Below, piece after piece: positions 1-11,032 of a stretch of DNA of 64,000 bases. The stretch covers positions 1 through 64,000 of the forward strand of contig CAVTRY010000021.1 in assembly GCA_963737265.1 (NCBI GenBank), read 5' to 3'. Numbering within the stretch: position 1 is the first letter of the stretch; every line of letters begins with the position of its first letter. Both the position numbers and the translations under genes were made by a program. Source of the DNA: an uncultured delta proteobacterium. Its GTDB lineage: Bacteria; Myxococcota_A; Polyangia; Fen-1088. The notes beneath the pieces were generated by a model. The model saw nothing but the letters and a program-made list of their open reading frames with translations, had not been told where the DNA came from and made no database searches.

Positions 1-840
1 CGCAACGACGCGCAAGGCTCCCGGCGGTCCGGCAAAGGCAACGTCCGCGTAGTTGGTGTTGACCACCGACATCACGAAGGCGAGTTCACCTTGACCATTC
101 GCCTCCACCTCCTGGCCATCGTAAGGGCCAAACCGGTAGCCACCGCCGAGGGCGGCGGGCGTCGGCTGGCCGGAAAGCGCCACCGGCTGGATCGCTCCGG
201 GCGAGCCGAACCAAACCCCAGAGGCGCCATTTGCGAGATTGGCGGGAAATGCGATCCTCCCGTCTGGCGTCAGTGATTTCATGTCGCTGGTCGAAGCGAG
301 CGAGCCAAAGTTGTCGGTGGTGCCAGGCGCGGGCTGACCGTCCTGAGCGACCAGCACCCAGTTGGTGTCTGGCCCGGCGAGGATAGCCTCGCCGTTAGTG
401 TCGCAGACGAGCACACCGCAGGCCACGAGGTTGCCACATTGAAGCAGTTCCGACGCGTTGCAATAACCCAAGTAGGTTTTCGCTTCGAGACACACTCCGT
501 TAGTCGGGACCACCAACCGCAAAGGTTCCGGAGCTGGCGACGGTTCGGCCGCCGCAACCCAGAAACTGCCGGGGTTGTTGGTGTCAACGCCAGGACCCTG
601 GAGTTCCGCCAGGAAAGCGAGTTGTTGGCAGTTGCCTATATGAGCCGAGTCGAAATAATAGAAGGTCACTCCAGTTCGCGCGCCTGGCGCGGGCTCCCCA
701 GCATAGGCTATCAGGTTCAACGAGCCAGGAAGTCCGGCCCAAAGCCCTTCCACGTTATGGAAACTGGCGTCCGTGCTATTGGCGGTGAAGGCGACCCGCT
801 CGTCGTCGGCGAGCGAAAAGCAGTTGAACAGGGTGAAGCG
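1..840 (-). CDS. Partial NxxGxxAF tandem-repeat (choice-of-anchor/beta-propeller-like) surface protein; runs off the window edge and has no credible 5' end
   Basis: My translation of an open minus-strand frame that is absent from the ORF track: RFTLFNCFSLADDERVAFTA...LIAYAGEPAPGARTGVTF...GNCQQLAFLAELQGPGV...LVAQDGQPAPGT...GRIAFPA...VALSGQPTP...NGQGELAF. Repeated 'vA..GqPAPG' and 'N..G..AF' units. Confidence 0.7.
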
Positions 841-850
841 CGCGCTGTCG

Positions 851-2308
<1,458 letters not shown>

Positions 2309-2402
2309 TTCCCTGGTCGCAACAGGACCTTAGACATACTGCCGCGCGCGCAGCGCCGGGACCAGGGAAATTCCGGATCAGGCTGACGGCGCCGCTGTCG
2401 CG

Positions 2403-2954
2403 CTACGACTTCGTCGGCGATTTGAAGGACGAGCTCGTTCCCCCGAGATCCTCGCCGCTGCTCAGACGGATCTTGTACAGCCCGCGAACCTCCACCTGGC
2501 GAATTCTTTCGCGGGTGAGATTCAAAATCGCTCCGACTTCTTCGAGGGTGATGCCGCCGCGGTCGGCGACGTCGAGGGAGCAGGTCTCGGCCATCTCCCA
2601 TACCTCCAGGTGGGGAAAGTTGAGCTTGATTGCGCCGCTTTCCGGATTCACGTCCAAGTACAGGTGGTGCTCGCAGCTTACGAACGGGCACGGTCGCGCC
2701 ATGTTCTGGCACTCGGCGCGCGACTGCGGACGTTCGACCTCCTCGGGGTAGACCAGCGACGCCGCCAGCCGCTTCTCGTCGCGAGTCAGTCGTTTGGGGG
2801 CAATGGTCTTGGAACGAAAACGGCCATCGCGCGACGGCCGCACCTTTAGACGGATCTTGGCAACCTCGGGCTGTGCCAGCTCCTCCGGCTCGCCGCTAGG
2901 CTCGCCTGCCTCAAGCTGGCTTTCCAGTCTCTCTTCAGTTCTTTCTTCGGCCAT
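2403..2954 (-). CDS. Sigma-70 region-4-like HTH DNA-binding protein with Cys/His-rich N-terminal part
   Basis: [20 protein letters not shown] region-4 HTH preceded by [12 protein letters not shown]...TC; no sigma region 2. Confidence 0.85.
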   Translation of the reverse strand: MAEERTEERLESQLEAGEPSGEPEELAQPEVAKIRLKVRPSRDGRFRSKTIAPKRLTRDEKRLAASLVYPEEVERPQSRAECQNMARPCPFVSCEHHLYLDVNPESGAIKLNFPHLEVWEMAETCSLDVADRGGITLEEVGAILNLTRERIRQVEVRGLYKIRLSSGEDLGGTSSSFKSPTKS

Positions 2955-2989
2955 GATGTTTTCCTCACGCGCGGTCGTCGGGGACCACG

Positions 2990-3589
2990 TCAGAACAGAT
3001 CGCTACCGCTCCCGACGGCGGTTCCCGCGGCCGACGCACCGGCGCGGGCAGAAAGGCTTGCTTCCACTCCTGAAATCCGCCGGACCAGCTCGCCGGCGGC
3101 TTGTTTGGCGGCAACGATCTCGGCTTCGATCGAGGCACGCCGGTCTGGATCGAACGTCGGGCCCTTGGCCTCGCGTTCGAAGCCGGCGATGAGCTCGCGT
3201 ACTCCCTTTTCGACTCGCTCGATGTCTTCCTTGAAGCGAACGAAGGAGCGCTGGATGTCCTCGATGGTCAGATCCGCGGCCATCATGGTGCGCACCTGAT
3301 TCACCCGGCGCACGACGTTGGCGGGATAGATTCCGCACGAGCCGCGGTGCTTGCCCTTGCGGCCGATTCGCACCGAACGCGGTAGCAGTCCAAGCTGGAC
3401 GTACTTGCGGAGTGTGGCTTCGGAGAAGCGGATGCCACGCGCTGTGAAGACATCGACGATTTGTCGTGACGTCAGACCCGCCGGAGACTGGCGCTCGATT
3501 TCGTCCAGCTCTTCCTCGCCGAGAAGTCCAGCAGCCCGGTTCCTCGCCACCTGGCTTTCGCTGCCGACCATGTTCTGGCGTTTCTCCAT
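2990..3589 (-). CDS. MerR-like HTH transcriptional regulator
   Basis: [16 protein letters not shown] winged HTH followed by a coiled coil. Confidence 0.8.
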   Translation of the reverse strand: MEKRQNMVGSESQVARNRAAGLLGEEELDEIERQSPAGLTSRQIVDVFTARGIRFSEATLRKYVQLGLLPRSVRIGRKGKHRGSCGIYPANVVRRVNQVRTMMAADLTIEDIQRSFVRFKEDIERVEKGVRELIAGFEREAKGPTFDPDRRASIEAEIVAAKQAAGELVRRISGVEASLSARAGASAAGTAVGSGSDLF

Positions 3590-3680
3590 TCTAGAACATT
3601 AAATGTATTCCACTCGGTAGATTATATTCAATAGATAAACAGCTAATTGTTTGTTCAGGTGGGACAAAGTGTTTATTTCC
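3590..3680 (-). promoter_or_regulatory. AT-rich upstream/promoter region of the MerR-like gene
   Basis: Strongly AT-rich stretch in GC-rich DNA with imperfect palindromes (AAACAgctaatTGTTT) and related TATTC(C/A)A half-sites. Confidence 0.5.
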
Positions 3681-3894
3681 CGCGCCAACCCCCTCCGATC
3701 GGCCTCACAGCGTCGGGGATGTCGATGCGAAGTCGCCGAGAATTTCGGCCCCGGCGGGTTCGGCCACGGCGCGAAGATGGCTGGCCTGCGTGGTCACGCC
3801 AGACCTCGCGAGCGGCCTGACGCCTGGCCGGACACGCTCATGCTTCCGCTGACGGCTAGCTAGGCGAACCGTCCCAGCTCCGCGCGGCCGATCG

Positions 3895-4773
3895 TCACCA
3901 GGCGGCGCTGGCGCGCATGTACTTCCAGTGCTTCTTCAGCCAGCGCCTGGGCCCTTTGTCGCTACAGCCGAACGGACGATCGCCGGGATCGCAGAACACG
4001 CGCACGTGCATGTGGTCGTCGTGCGGCTGCGAATCCGTCGGCTGATGAAGAATCGCGCGCGCGCGGGCGACAAGCTCTGCCGGTGTGCTTTCGCGTGCGG
4101 CCTCTTCGAGCAGCAAGGCCGCAAGGGGATCTTGCATGAAAATCCACTGCACCTCGACCGTCGGGTTCGACAGCATCGCACGTACCAGTGCCCAGTTCCG
4201 CCGCGCATCGAAGCGGGCGTCCGGCAGCGGCGACGCAACGGTGTGGCCCGGCCCCGCAGTCGACCAACGCGCGGCCCGACCGTCGCTTGCAAAATGGAGC
4301 ATAGCCGGCAGATCATCCAAGGGCCGAGCGGAGCCATCACTGGCGAAGAAGAAGACATCGATGTCTCGGCCGCTGGCGTGCGAACGGTGCATGGCCGCGT
4401 CGCCGCCGTTTCTGCCTGAAAGATCGCCGAGGTGAGCGGTTGCATCCGGGATGCTCTCAGCCACGTTTCGAAACACCTGGGTCAGCCAGCGCACGACCTC
4501 GGCGGTCGCGTAGTTGTGGCTACGACCGCGCCACGCCGGGTGCACTTTATAGCCCTCGCCTTCGAACGGCATGGCCACGCCGTGCAAAAGCGCACCGTTG
4601 GCGTGCGACCCTAGCGAGACGCTACTCGATCCATCATTGGCGAAAACGCCGAGGCAGCCCGACCACGCGAGCGCGCACAGGACAAGACTCACGCTGCGCG
4701 GGCGGCACCCTGCCGAGTCGTGGACTTGGGAACGACCGTGACGAGAACGGACGGCCGAGGGGACGTCCGCCAC
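3895..4773 (-). CDS. Penicillin-insensitive murein endopeptidase (MepA family)
   Basis: GDLS..GG, HRSHASGRDIDV and HDDHMHVR motifs. Confidence 0.85.
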   Translation of the reverse strand: MADVPSAVRSRHGRSQVHDSAGCRPRSVSLVLCALAWSGCLGVFANDGSSSVSLGSHANGALLHGVAMPFEGEGYKVHPAWRGRSHNYATAEVVRWLTQVFRNVAESIPDATAHLGDLSGRNGGDAAMHRSHASGRDIDVFFFASDGSARPLDDLPAMLHFASDGRAARWSTAGPGHTVASPLPDARFDARRNWALVRAMLSNPTVEVQWIFMQDPLAALLLEEAARESTPAELVARARAILHQPTDSQPHDDHMHVRVFCDPGDRPFGCSDKGPRRWLKKHWKYMRASAAW

Positions 4774-4776
4774 CCG

Positions 4777-5154
4777 CTACCCGTAAGCCTTCTCGATCCG
4801 CTCCTGATCCTCTTTGCAGCGGATGCAGAGCGTGGTCTCGAGACGAGCTTCCAGCCGCTTGAGCGAGATCAGCTCTCCGCACTGCTCGCACAGTCCGAAG
4901 GTGCCCTCCTCTATTTTCTCAAGCGCATGGTCGATCTTCTGTAGAAACGTCTTTTCACGCCCGCGCAACCTGAACGTGAACGACTGCAAATACTCAGACG
5001 AGGCCAGATCCATTTCATCTGGCAAGTCGTCGGATTCAAGCGTCATGTCCTCGCTCAAGGTTCGTTGCGCGTTCCGCAAAATGTCCTTCTTACGGGTAAG
5101 AAGAATGTCGCGGAAACGTTTGAGGTCTTTCTTTTTAAGACCGGTCGCTTCCAT
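4777..5154 (-). CDS. dksA: DksA/TraR-family C4 zinc-finger transcription factor
   Basis: DEMDLA coiled-coil tip motif; CEQC...RLEAR...LCIRC zinc finger. Confidence 0.9.
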   Translation of the reverse strand: MEATGLKKKDLKRFRDILLTRKKDILRNAQRTLSEDMTLESDDLPDEMDLASSEYLQSFTFRLRGREKTFLQKIDHALEKIEEGTFGLCEQCGELISLKRLEARLETTLCIRCKEDQERIEKAYG

Positions 5155-5246
5155 GTATCCCCTTGTTTCAGAATAGCTTTGTGTCAGGGCCTAGTCTAGT
5201 TTCTCTTTTGCACCACGTGGCACAAAACGACGCGGGAGTGTACCAC

Positions 5247-5350
5247 TTGGAGCGACGAATGGTGGTCGTAAACGTCGTGGTCGTGGTCGTGGCCCTGGCC
5301 GACAAAGATGACTCCGGCCACGGCCTTCTGCGCCTATCGCGGGATTGCGG
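5247..5350 (+). mobile_element. MITE-like element, copy A (5'-truncated)
   Basis: TTGGAGCG..GGTGGTCGTAAACGTCGT(GGTCGT)n..GGCCGAC.AAGAT.ACTCCGGCCAC..TTCTGCGCCTATCGCGGGATTGCGG matches copy B at 55552-55761. Confidence 0.8.
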
Positions 5351-5435
5351 TCCTCCACCATCCTTGACAGGTTAGCCGATAACTGCCTAAATGCCGAAAA
5401 GTCATACAGGGAGTTTTGCATAAGCGGGGTGCTTC

Positions 5436-5639
5436 ATGGCCGGTTCCGACAAGAGGAAACAAAGTCTCTACTTTCCAGAGGAAATGCTAAAGGAAATCCA
5501 GGAAGAGGCTACGCGTCAAGACCGATCCTTGTCGTGGATTGTGCAAAAAGCCTGGAAGATCTCGCGCAAGGAGATCATGAAGTACCCATCGGTCAACGAG
5601 TTCCCTGGTGAAGACGACGAACGCGGCGCCACCGAATAG
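5436..5639 (+). CDS. cdbA: CdbA-type c-di-GMP-binding ribbon-helix-helix nucleoid-associated protein
   Basis: DKRKQSLYFPEEMLKEIQEEATRQDRSLSW is near-identical to Myxococcus CdbA as I recall it. Confidence 0.88.
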   Translation: MAGSDKRKQSLYFPEEMLKEIQEEATRQDRSLSWIVQKAWKISRKEIMKYPSVNEFPGEDDERGATE

Positions 5640-5732
5640 CATCGGCCCGCGGGTCTCCTCTCGGGGTGCGTTGGCGCCGGGGCTCGCCGGCTTGCTGCTC
5701 CGAACCACTAACGATTCCCACCAAGCGGGCAC

Positions 5733-7076
5733 ATGGCCGAGATCCTTATAGTCGGTGACGAGGTTTCGCCCGTTTGCGGCAGTGATGTGGCGGCCTGCGC
5801 GGCGGCTCTCGCTCGCGCGCTGTCAGCGGCAAAACATCGAGTCACGATCCTGACGCTCGCCAGCCAGGAACTGGCGTCAGGCCTGCCCGGTATGGCCCGG
5901 CGACTGCGAACCGTGCTCGCCCACCTCGCCGACGGCGACCGTGAATGCTCGCTTTTCGAGGGACGTTCTTCGGTGAGCCAGTGCTCGCTCTATGTCCTCG
6001 GCGTCGAGCCCGAGGACCGTGGGCACAAAGCCGCATTCCTGGCCAACGCAGCGGCAGCGCTCGTGCGCGACGCGATCTGCCGCCCCGATGCGATCGTCGC
6101 GTGGGGTGAGTCCGCTGCGGGTGTCCTTCCCGCCATCCAAGCCACCGCCCGCGTTTTCGTGCTTCCCACCGGAACTTGGGGACCGCCCCTGTCGCCGAGC
6201 GAGCGCGCGGCGCTGGATCCCAACGCGCCGGATCTCGCCATGGCCAAGGGATCGCTGGCGGGTCTCGGCGCCATTGATGCCGACGTCGTCGTCTTCCCAA
6301 GTCCATCCTCGGCCAGGATGTTCGAAGCCGCTCGTGAGTTTTCATTCCGTGCCTCGGATCAACCCGTCGTCTCGATTCGCTTCGGATGCGACGAGGCGCC
6401 CTACGATCCGTCGACCGATCCGGCGCTGTCCGCCACGTTTTCGGCGGATGTTCCTGCTGGAAAGGCGGACTGTCGCAGGGCTCTGGCGCGCCGAACTTTG
6501 CTGGCTCTCGGCCCGCGTACGCTGTTGGTTGCAACAGCGCCTCTCGCTGTCGCCGAAGGCGGGCGCATGCTCATCGACACACTCACGAGACTGGTTCGTT
6601 CCGACGTGGCGATCGTCGTGCCCACCGTGGGCGAACATGCCCTGGTAGATCAGATCAAGCGGATCGCCATCGAAACGCCGGGCAAGATCGCGGTCTACTC
6701 CGATACGAGCCCGGCGGCCGAACGCCAGATCCTTGCTGGTGCCGACGTGCTGTTGCTGGCCGACAAGGACAACCACCTTGCGCGAGCCGCGGGTTTGGCG
6801 ATGCGCTACGGCGTACTGCCACTCGTGCCAGACTGCGCGGCCTATCGCGACCACGTGATCGACTACGACGTGGCTTCGCAGACCGGCAACGGCCTGCTTT
6901 ACCAGGCCAACGACGACTACGAGCATACGTCGGTGGTCTTCCGCGCGGCATCTCTACGGGAAAATCCGGACGTCTGGCAGCCCCTGCAAAAGCTGCTGAT
7001 GCGAACGGCGCCTCGCTGGGAAGCAAGCGCCGCGCTTTTTGAGGGTCTCTGCCTCAGCCAGCCAGTTTCCGCGTGA
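5733..7076 (+). CDS. Glycogen/starch synthase (GT5)-like protein, catalytically degenerate
   Basis: GlgA-like scaffold (..DP.TDP.L...FS....GK..C+..L, AMRYG..P.V, NG.L+); KTGGL and SRFEPCGL motifs replaced. Confidence 0.8.
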   Translation: MAEILIVGDEVSPVCGSDVAACAAALARALSAAKHRVTILTLASQELASGLPGMARRLRTVLAHLADGDRECSLFEGRSSVSQCSLYVLGVEPEDRGHKAAFLANAAAALVRDAICRPDAIVAWGESAAGVLPAIQATARVFVLPTGTWGPPLSPSERAALDPNAPDLAMAKGSLAGLGAIDADVVVFPSPSSARMFEAAREFSFRASDQPVVSIRFGCDEAPYDPSTDPALSATFSADVPAGKADCRRALARRTLLALGPRTLLVATAPLAVAEGGRMLIDTLTRLVRSDVAIVVPTVGEHALVDQIKRIAIETPGKIAVYSDTSPAAERQILAGADVLLLADKDNHLARAAGLAMRYGVLPLVPDCAAYRDHVIDYDVASQTGNGLLYQANDDYEHTSVVFRAASLRENPDVWQPLQKLLMRTAPRWEASAALFEGLCLSQPVSA

Positions 7077-8121
7077 CCCGCACCACGAATTCGCCTCCCA
7101 GCGCAAGAATTTCGCCCTCGGCCCACGACGTGTCGCCAATCATCAGGTGAACTTGTCTAGGGCGCGCCCGGCCGATGGACAGGTCGGAAAGCAGCCCTGC
7201 TCGATCGGCTTCCTCGATCCGAATGGTTCCTAGCTCAGCCGTGATTTCGACCGAGCCTTCGCGCGGTCGGGTTGGCAATTCGGAAGCCGGTAGGCCGACT
7301 CCGCCGGCCGCGGGCCCTTCGAATCGCGCCCTGGCATCGTGGCTGGCTTGCCCCGCAACGCCGTCCTCGATGGTGATGGAACCGTCCGGATAGGCGCGGG
7401 CTGAGACGACGACTTCCCCCAGCGGCACTTGGACGGGCCATGGGTCTGATGGCAAAAGCGCGGCGAATTCCTCGAACACGATGGCGTCGCCTTCTGACAG
7501 CGCAGCCAATTCAGAGCGAGACAAGCAGGTGTGTGCGAGTTCCACCCGCAGCGTGGCAAGGACGTTCCCTGGCTCAAGCGACGCCCCCTGCGCAGCACCG
7601 GCCCGCTCGAAAAACACCTCGGTACCACAGAGAATCGCTCGGCCAGCCAGTCCCGGCATCTCGGCGAAAATCCCAAGCGAAAACGAAGCCAGGTCCGCCT
7701 CCGTCCGGTCGCGTGCGGCGAGCCGAATAGCGGGGGCGAGGGCAAGCCTACTCAGCAGGGCTGCGATCATTCCCTCCAAAATCCCGCGCTCGATACGCGA
7801 AAGTGGCCGAATGACGACGGGTACGGGCGAGCCAAGAAGCGTGGCCACCAACCCAAGCGCCAGGCGTCTTTCTACCATCAGTTCCGCGAAGCTCGCCCCG
7901 CACTCGAGAAAGACGCATTCACAACTTCGGCCCTCATCCTGAATCCACGGCCGGGCCGCCTCGGAGGCGACGACCCGACACCTCACCGCCAGGGCATCCA
8001 GGCCAGGCAGGGGAACAGTCGTCGGACCGGGCAGACAGACTCGAGCAAGCAGACATGCACGCGCCAGTCGCCCGCCTGATTCGCGCGCCGGCACCGTGGA
8101 GGGTTTCATCGTCTCACCCAT
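7054..8121 (-). CDS. FliM/FliN / SctQ-like (SpoA domain) protein
   Basis: LRVELAHTCLSRSELAALSEGDAIVF and C-terminal AEGEILALGGEFVVRVTR SpoA-like segments; RPLSRIERGILE is FliM-like. Confidence 0.7.
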   Translation of the reverse strand: MGETMKPSTVPARESGGRLARACLLARVCLPGPTTVPLPGLDALAVRCRVVASEAARPWIQDEGRSCECVFLECGASFAELMVERRLALGLVATLLGSPVPVVIRPLSRIERGILEGMIAALLSRLALAPAIRLAARDRTEADLASFSLGIFAEMPGLAGRAILCGTEVFFERAGAAQGASLEPGNVLATLRVELAHTCLSRSELAALSEGDAIVFEEFAALLPSDPWPVQVPLGEVVVSARAYPDGSITIEDGVAGQASHDARARFEGPAAGGVGLPASELPTRPREGSVEITAELGTIRIEEADRAGLLSDLSIGRARPRQVHLMIGDTSWAEGEILALGGEFVVRVTRKLAG

Positions 8122-8283
8122 TCCTACCTATGGCTACCTCATTGATGGCCCGCGCAGCGGCCTAACGCAAATTTCTGCGCGCTATTGGACGAACAAATCG
8201 ACTCACCGGATGAACCATGTTATGTGCCAACTGCATCTAGCTCAGGTATATTTATCTCAAAGCCACACGAGGAACACCTATTC

Positions 8284-8547
8284 GTGAAGCCGTACGAGCG
8301 GGTCATCGGTATCAGTTGCAAGCAGATGGTCGACTACTGCATGGACTACCTAAGCGGCAGCCTTCCGACCGAGGAGAGAGAAAGCTTCAACGGTCACCTC
8401 ACCTACTGTCCGGAATGCGTCAAGTTCTTTGAGACGTACAAGAAGACGCCCGAGGTTTCCCGAGAAGCGTTGTCCCTGGACATGCCCGAACGAGTGCGCG
8501 GGGCGGTTCGTGACTTTCTCCGAGAGCGCTACCAGAAGGCGCGGTAG
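8284..8547 (+). CDS. Small zinc-finger anti-sigma factor (ZAS/zf-HC2) protein
   Basis: C...DYL.G.L...E...HLTYCPEC (HxxxCxxC); GAGGA Shine-Dalgarno (SD) before GTG at 8284. Confidence 0.8.
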   Translation: MKPYERVIGISCKQMVDYCMDYLSGSLPTEERESFNGHLTYCPECVKFFETYKKTPEVSREALSLDMPERVRGAVRDFLRERYQKAR

Positions 8548-8685
8548 GAATGACCCGGAGCGACTAGAACAGGCCGCAGACGGGCAGGATAGGACGAGGT
8601 TGAAAAAAAAACGAACCCCGTTCCGACAATGCGCGAGCAGCGAGCTTGACAGACGGTGCGACAGGGGCAAGATTGCGTCAATAGA

Positions 8686-9627
8686 ATGCCCGTCGGCTTG
8701 GTTTGTTCCCGTTGCGATGCACTGACCGGCCTCGACGCGAGCCGGTGCCCTCTTTGCGAGGTGCCCCTCGGCGAGCCAGTGCCGTTTCAACCTGCACCAG
8801 TTGCCAACCCGACCGCCTCTCGTCCGGAGGAGTTCATGTCGACCAAGAGCTGTCCGAATTGTGGGAACAACGTTCCTGAAAATGACAAATTCTGCGGCCA
8901 ATGCGGCCAGCGCATGGATGGTGCCGGGCCAGCGCCCGCGGGGGGACCGGGAAAAACGATGTTCTTCTCCGGGGTCCAACCTTCCGGCATGGCCAAGCTG
9001 GTGCTGGTAAAGGCCGATACCGGAGACGGCCTGGCCTATCAGCTCAGCGGAACCGAGCACGTGGTCGGCAGAACGGAAGGAGCCATTCTCTTCGCCGACG
9101 ATCCCCTGCTCTCTCCGCGCCACGCCAACTTTCTCTATCGCGACGGCAAGCTCTTCGTCGGCGATGAAGCTTCCACCAACGGCGTGTTTATTCGTATTCA
9201 CACCCCGGCCCGACTGGAATCCGGCGCGGCCTTCCTCGTCGGCGAGCAACTGCTGCAGGTCGAAGCCTTGGCGCCAGACTTCGGGCCGCAACCTGATTCC
9301 GAAGGAACCTATTTTTATGCCAGCCCCAAGCGCGCGTCCAAGATGCGCCTGATCCAGCGCCTGCGCGGCGGAGACATCGGCCTCATCGTGCGGGCGCGGG
9401 GCGACAGCATTACCCTCGGTCGCGAGGGCAACGATCTCAACTTTCCCGACGATCCGTTCATTTCCGGTCGTCACGCCGAGGTCAGCCTCGGTCCGGATGG
9501 TGCATTTACCGTCACCGATCTAGGCTCCAAGAATGGTACGTTCGTGCGCATCGTGGGCGAATTGCCACTCGTGCACGGCGACTACGTTTTCGTTGGACAG
9601 CAGCTCTTCCGCGTGGAAATCACCTAG
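8686..9627 (+). CDS. Zinc-ribbon plus double FHA domain protein
   Basis: CxxC pairs; two GR...S.+H...S.NG FHA motifs. Confidence 0.88.
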   Translation: MPVGLVCSRCDALTGLDASRCPLCEVPLGEPVPFQPAPVANPTASRPEEFMSTKSCPNCGNNVPENDKFCGQCGQRMDGAGPAPAGGPGKTMFFSGVQPSGMAKLVLVKADTGDGLAYQLSGTEHVVGRTEGAILFADDPLLSPRHANFLYRDGKLFVGDEASTNGVFIRIHTPARLESGAAFLVGEQLLQVEALAPDFGPQPDSEGTYFYASPKRASKMRLIQRLRGGDIGLIVRARGDSITLGREGNDLNFPDDPFISGRHAEVSLGPDGAFTVTDLGSKNGTFVRIVGELPLVHGDYVFVGQQLFRVEIT

Positions 9628-9689
9628 CAGGGGAAGCGCACGATGAACCAGCAAATTCCAACACCAACGAATCGCGCGGAGGGTATCTC

Positions 9690-10961
9690 GTGATCACCTG
9701 TTCTCGTTGCGGCAAGGAAAACCAGGATCTCTACAAGTTCTGTCTCGCGTGTGGGGCCAGGATACAGGCCGCCGCGGCACCCGCACCGGTGGCCATTCCG
9801 GTGCAGGAAGAATATCCGCCGACACCACCGCCCCAACAATTCGGCATCGCGAAGACGGCGGTTCCGCCAGAACCTGTGAATTTCTCCGCGGTGGGTGCGA
9901 CCGTCATACCGGGCTCCCTCGCGCCCCAGGACGCAATGTCGGCAGTATCGGTCGACGTGGGCATGACGCCGCAGCCAAGCGGCCCGCCGCAGCGGTCGGT
10001 TTCACCAGACGGACCAGCATCGGGTCCGTCAGTTCAGATCGGGATCGGGTCGGCTCCCATGCAGGTACCGTCCCGCCAGAACCCAATGCCCGTTCCGCGG
10101 CCTGTCGCCGCGGTTCCCGCGACCGCGCCGTCGGCAGTGGCGGCACAGCCGACTCATCAGTCTCCGTTCTCTCCGCCCGCGGCCGACATGGTCGCGTGTC
10201 CCAACTGTGGAAAGCAAGTCGCATCGGCTTTCGCCTTCTGCGGTGGCTGTGGCCACCGCATGAAACCGGCGCCGGGCGCCGCGGTCGAAGCAGCGATCCA
10301 GCGCGCGGAAGCGGTCGCGCGCGTTCACGTGGCCCCGCGCGGGCACCTGACCCTGATTCGGCCCGACGGGACCGAGGGCGGCGTCTATCCGTTGCAGCAG
10401 GGCGAGAATCCGATCGGCCGCGGACAGGGTCCGCTGTTCGATGCCGACCCCTACCTGTCACCCAAACACGCCGAATTCCTCCTCACGGACGTCGGACTCG
10501 AAATTCGCGACCACCGCAGCCTCAACGGCGTCTTCGTCAGAATCACGGAAGAGGAGCCGCTCGAATCGGGCGACACCTTCCGTATCGGACAGGAGCTGCT
10601 GCGCTTCGACGCCATCAATCCGCTGACGCCGCTTGAAGACGGAACGGAAATCATCGGGACGCCAAACCCAGGGTATTGGGGCCGCCTCGCGGTGGTGGTG
10701 GGCCGGGACCTGGATGGCCCGGCCTTCCCGCTCTTCGACGAAACCGCGAAGCTTGGCCGAGAGCGCGGCGACATTCTTTTTCCCGAGGACGGCTATGTCT
10801 CGGGCGCACACTGCCAAATCACGCTGCGCGAGGGCCGCGTCCACCTTAAGGATCTCGGCTCCTCCAATGGCACCTTCCTGCGCGTGCGCGAGCGGCGCCT
10901 CGTGCCGTCGGGAAGCCTCATGCTGATGGGCCAGCAGCTCTTCCGCGTCGCCTACAAATAG
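9690..10961 (+). CDS. Zinc-ribbon, Pro-rich linker, double FHA domain protein (paralogue of upstream gene)
   Basis: CSRC/CLAC and CPNC/CGGC ribbons; two FHA motifs; shared GQQLFRV C-terminus. Confidence 0.88.
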   Translation: MITCSRCGKENQDLYKFCLACGARIQAAAAPAPVAIPVQEEYPPTPPPQQFGIAKTAVPPEPVNFSAVGATVIPGSLAPQDAMSAVSVDVGMTPQPSGPPQRSVSPDGPASGPSVQIGIGSAPMQVPSRQNPMPVPRPVAAVPATAPSAVAAQPTHQSPFSPPAADMVACPNCGKQVASAFAFCGGCGHRMKPAPGAAVEAAIQRAEAVARVHVAPRGHLTLIRPDGTEGGVYPLQQGENPIGRGQGPLFDADPYLSPKHAEFLLTDVGLEIRDHRSLNGVFVRITEEEPLESGDTFRIGQELLRFDAINPLTPLEDGTEIIGTPNPGYWGRLAVVVGRDLDGPAFPLFDETAKLGRERGDILFPEDGYVSGAHCQITLREGRVHLKDLGSSNGTFLRVRERRLVPSGSLMLMGQQLFRVAYK

Positions 10962-11032
10962 ACAACGGTGGAACCGACCGCCACAGAGGCGCGCCGCGGT
11001 CGCATGGCCCGCGTCCGCGACTACGTCGCGTA

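Noticed and set aside
8600-8626. A9 tract with a small hairpin resembling a minus-strand terminator
   Set aside because: Weak stem and no minus-strand gene ends there; may be an A-tract upstream of the TTGACA at 8646.
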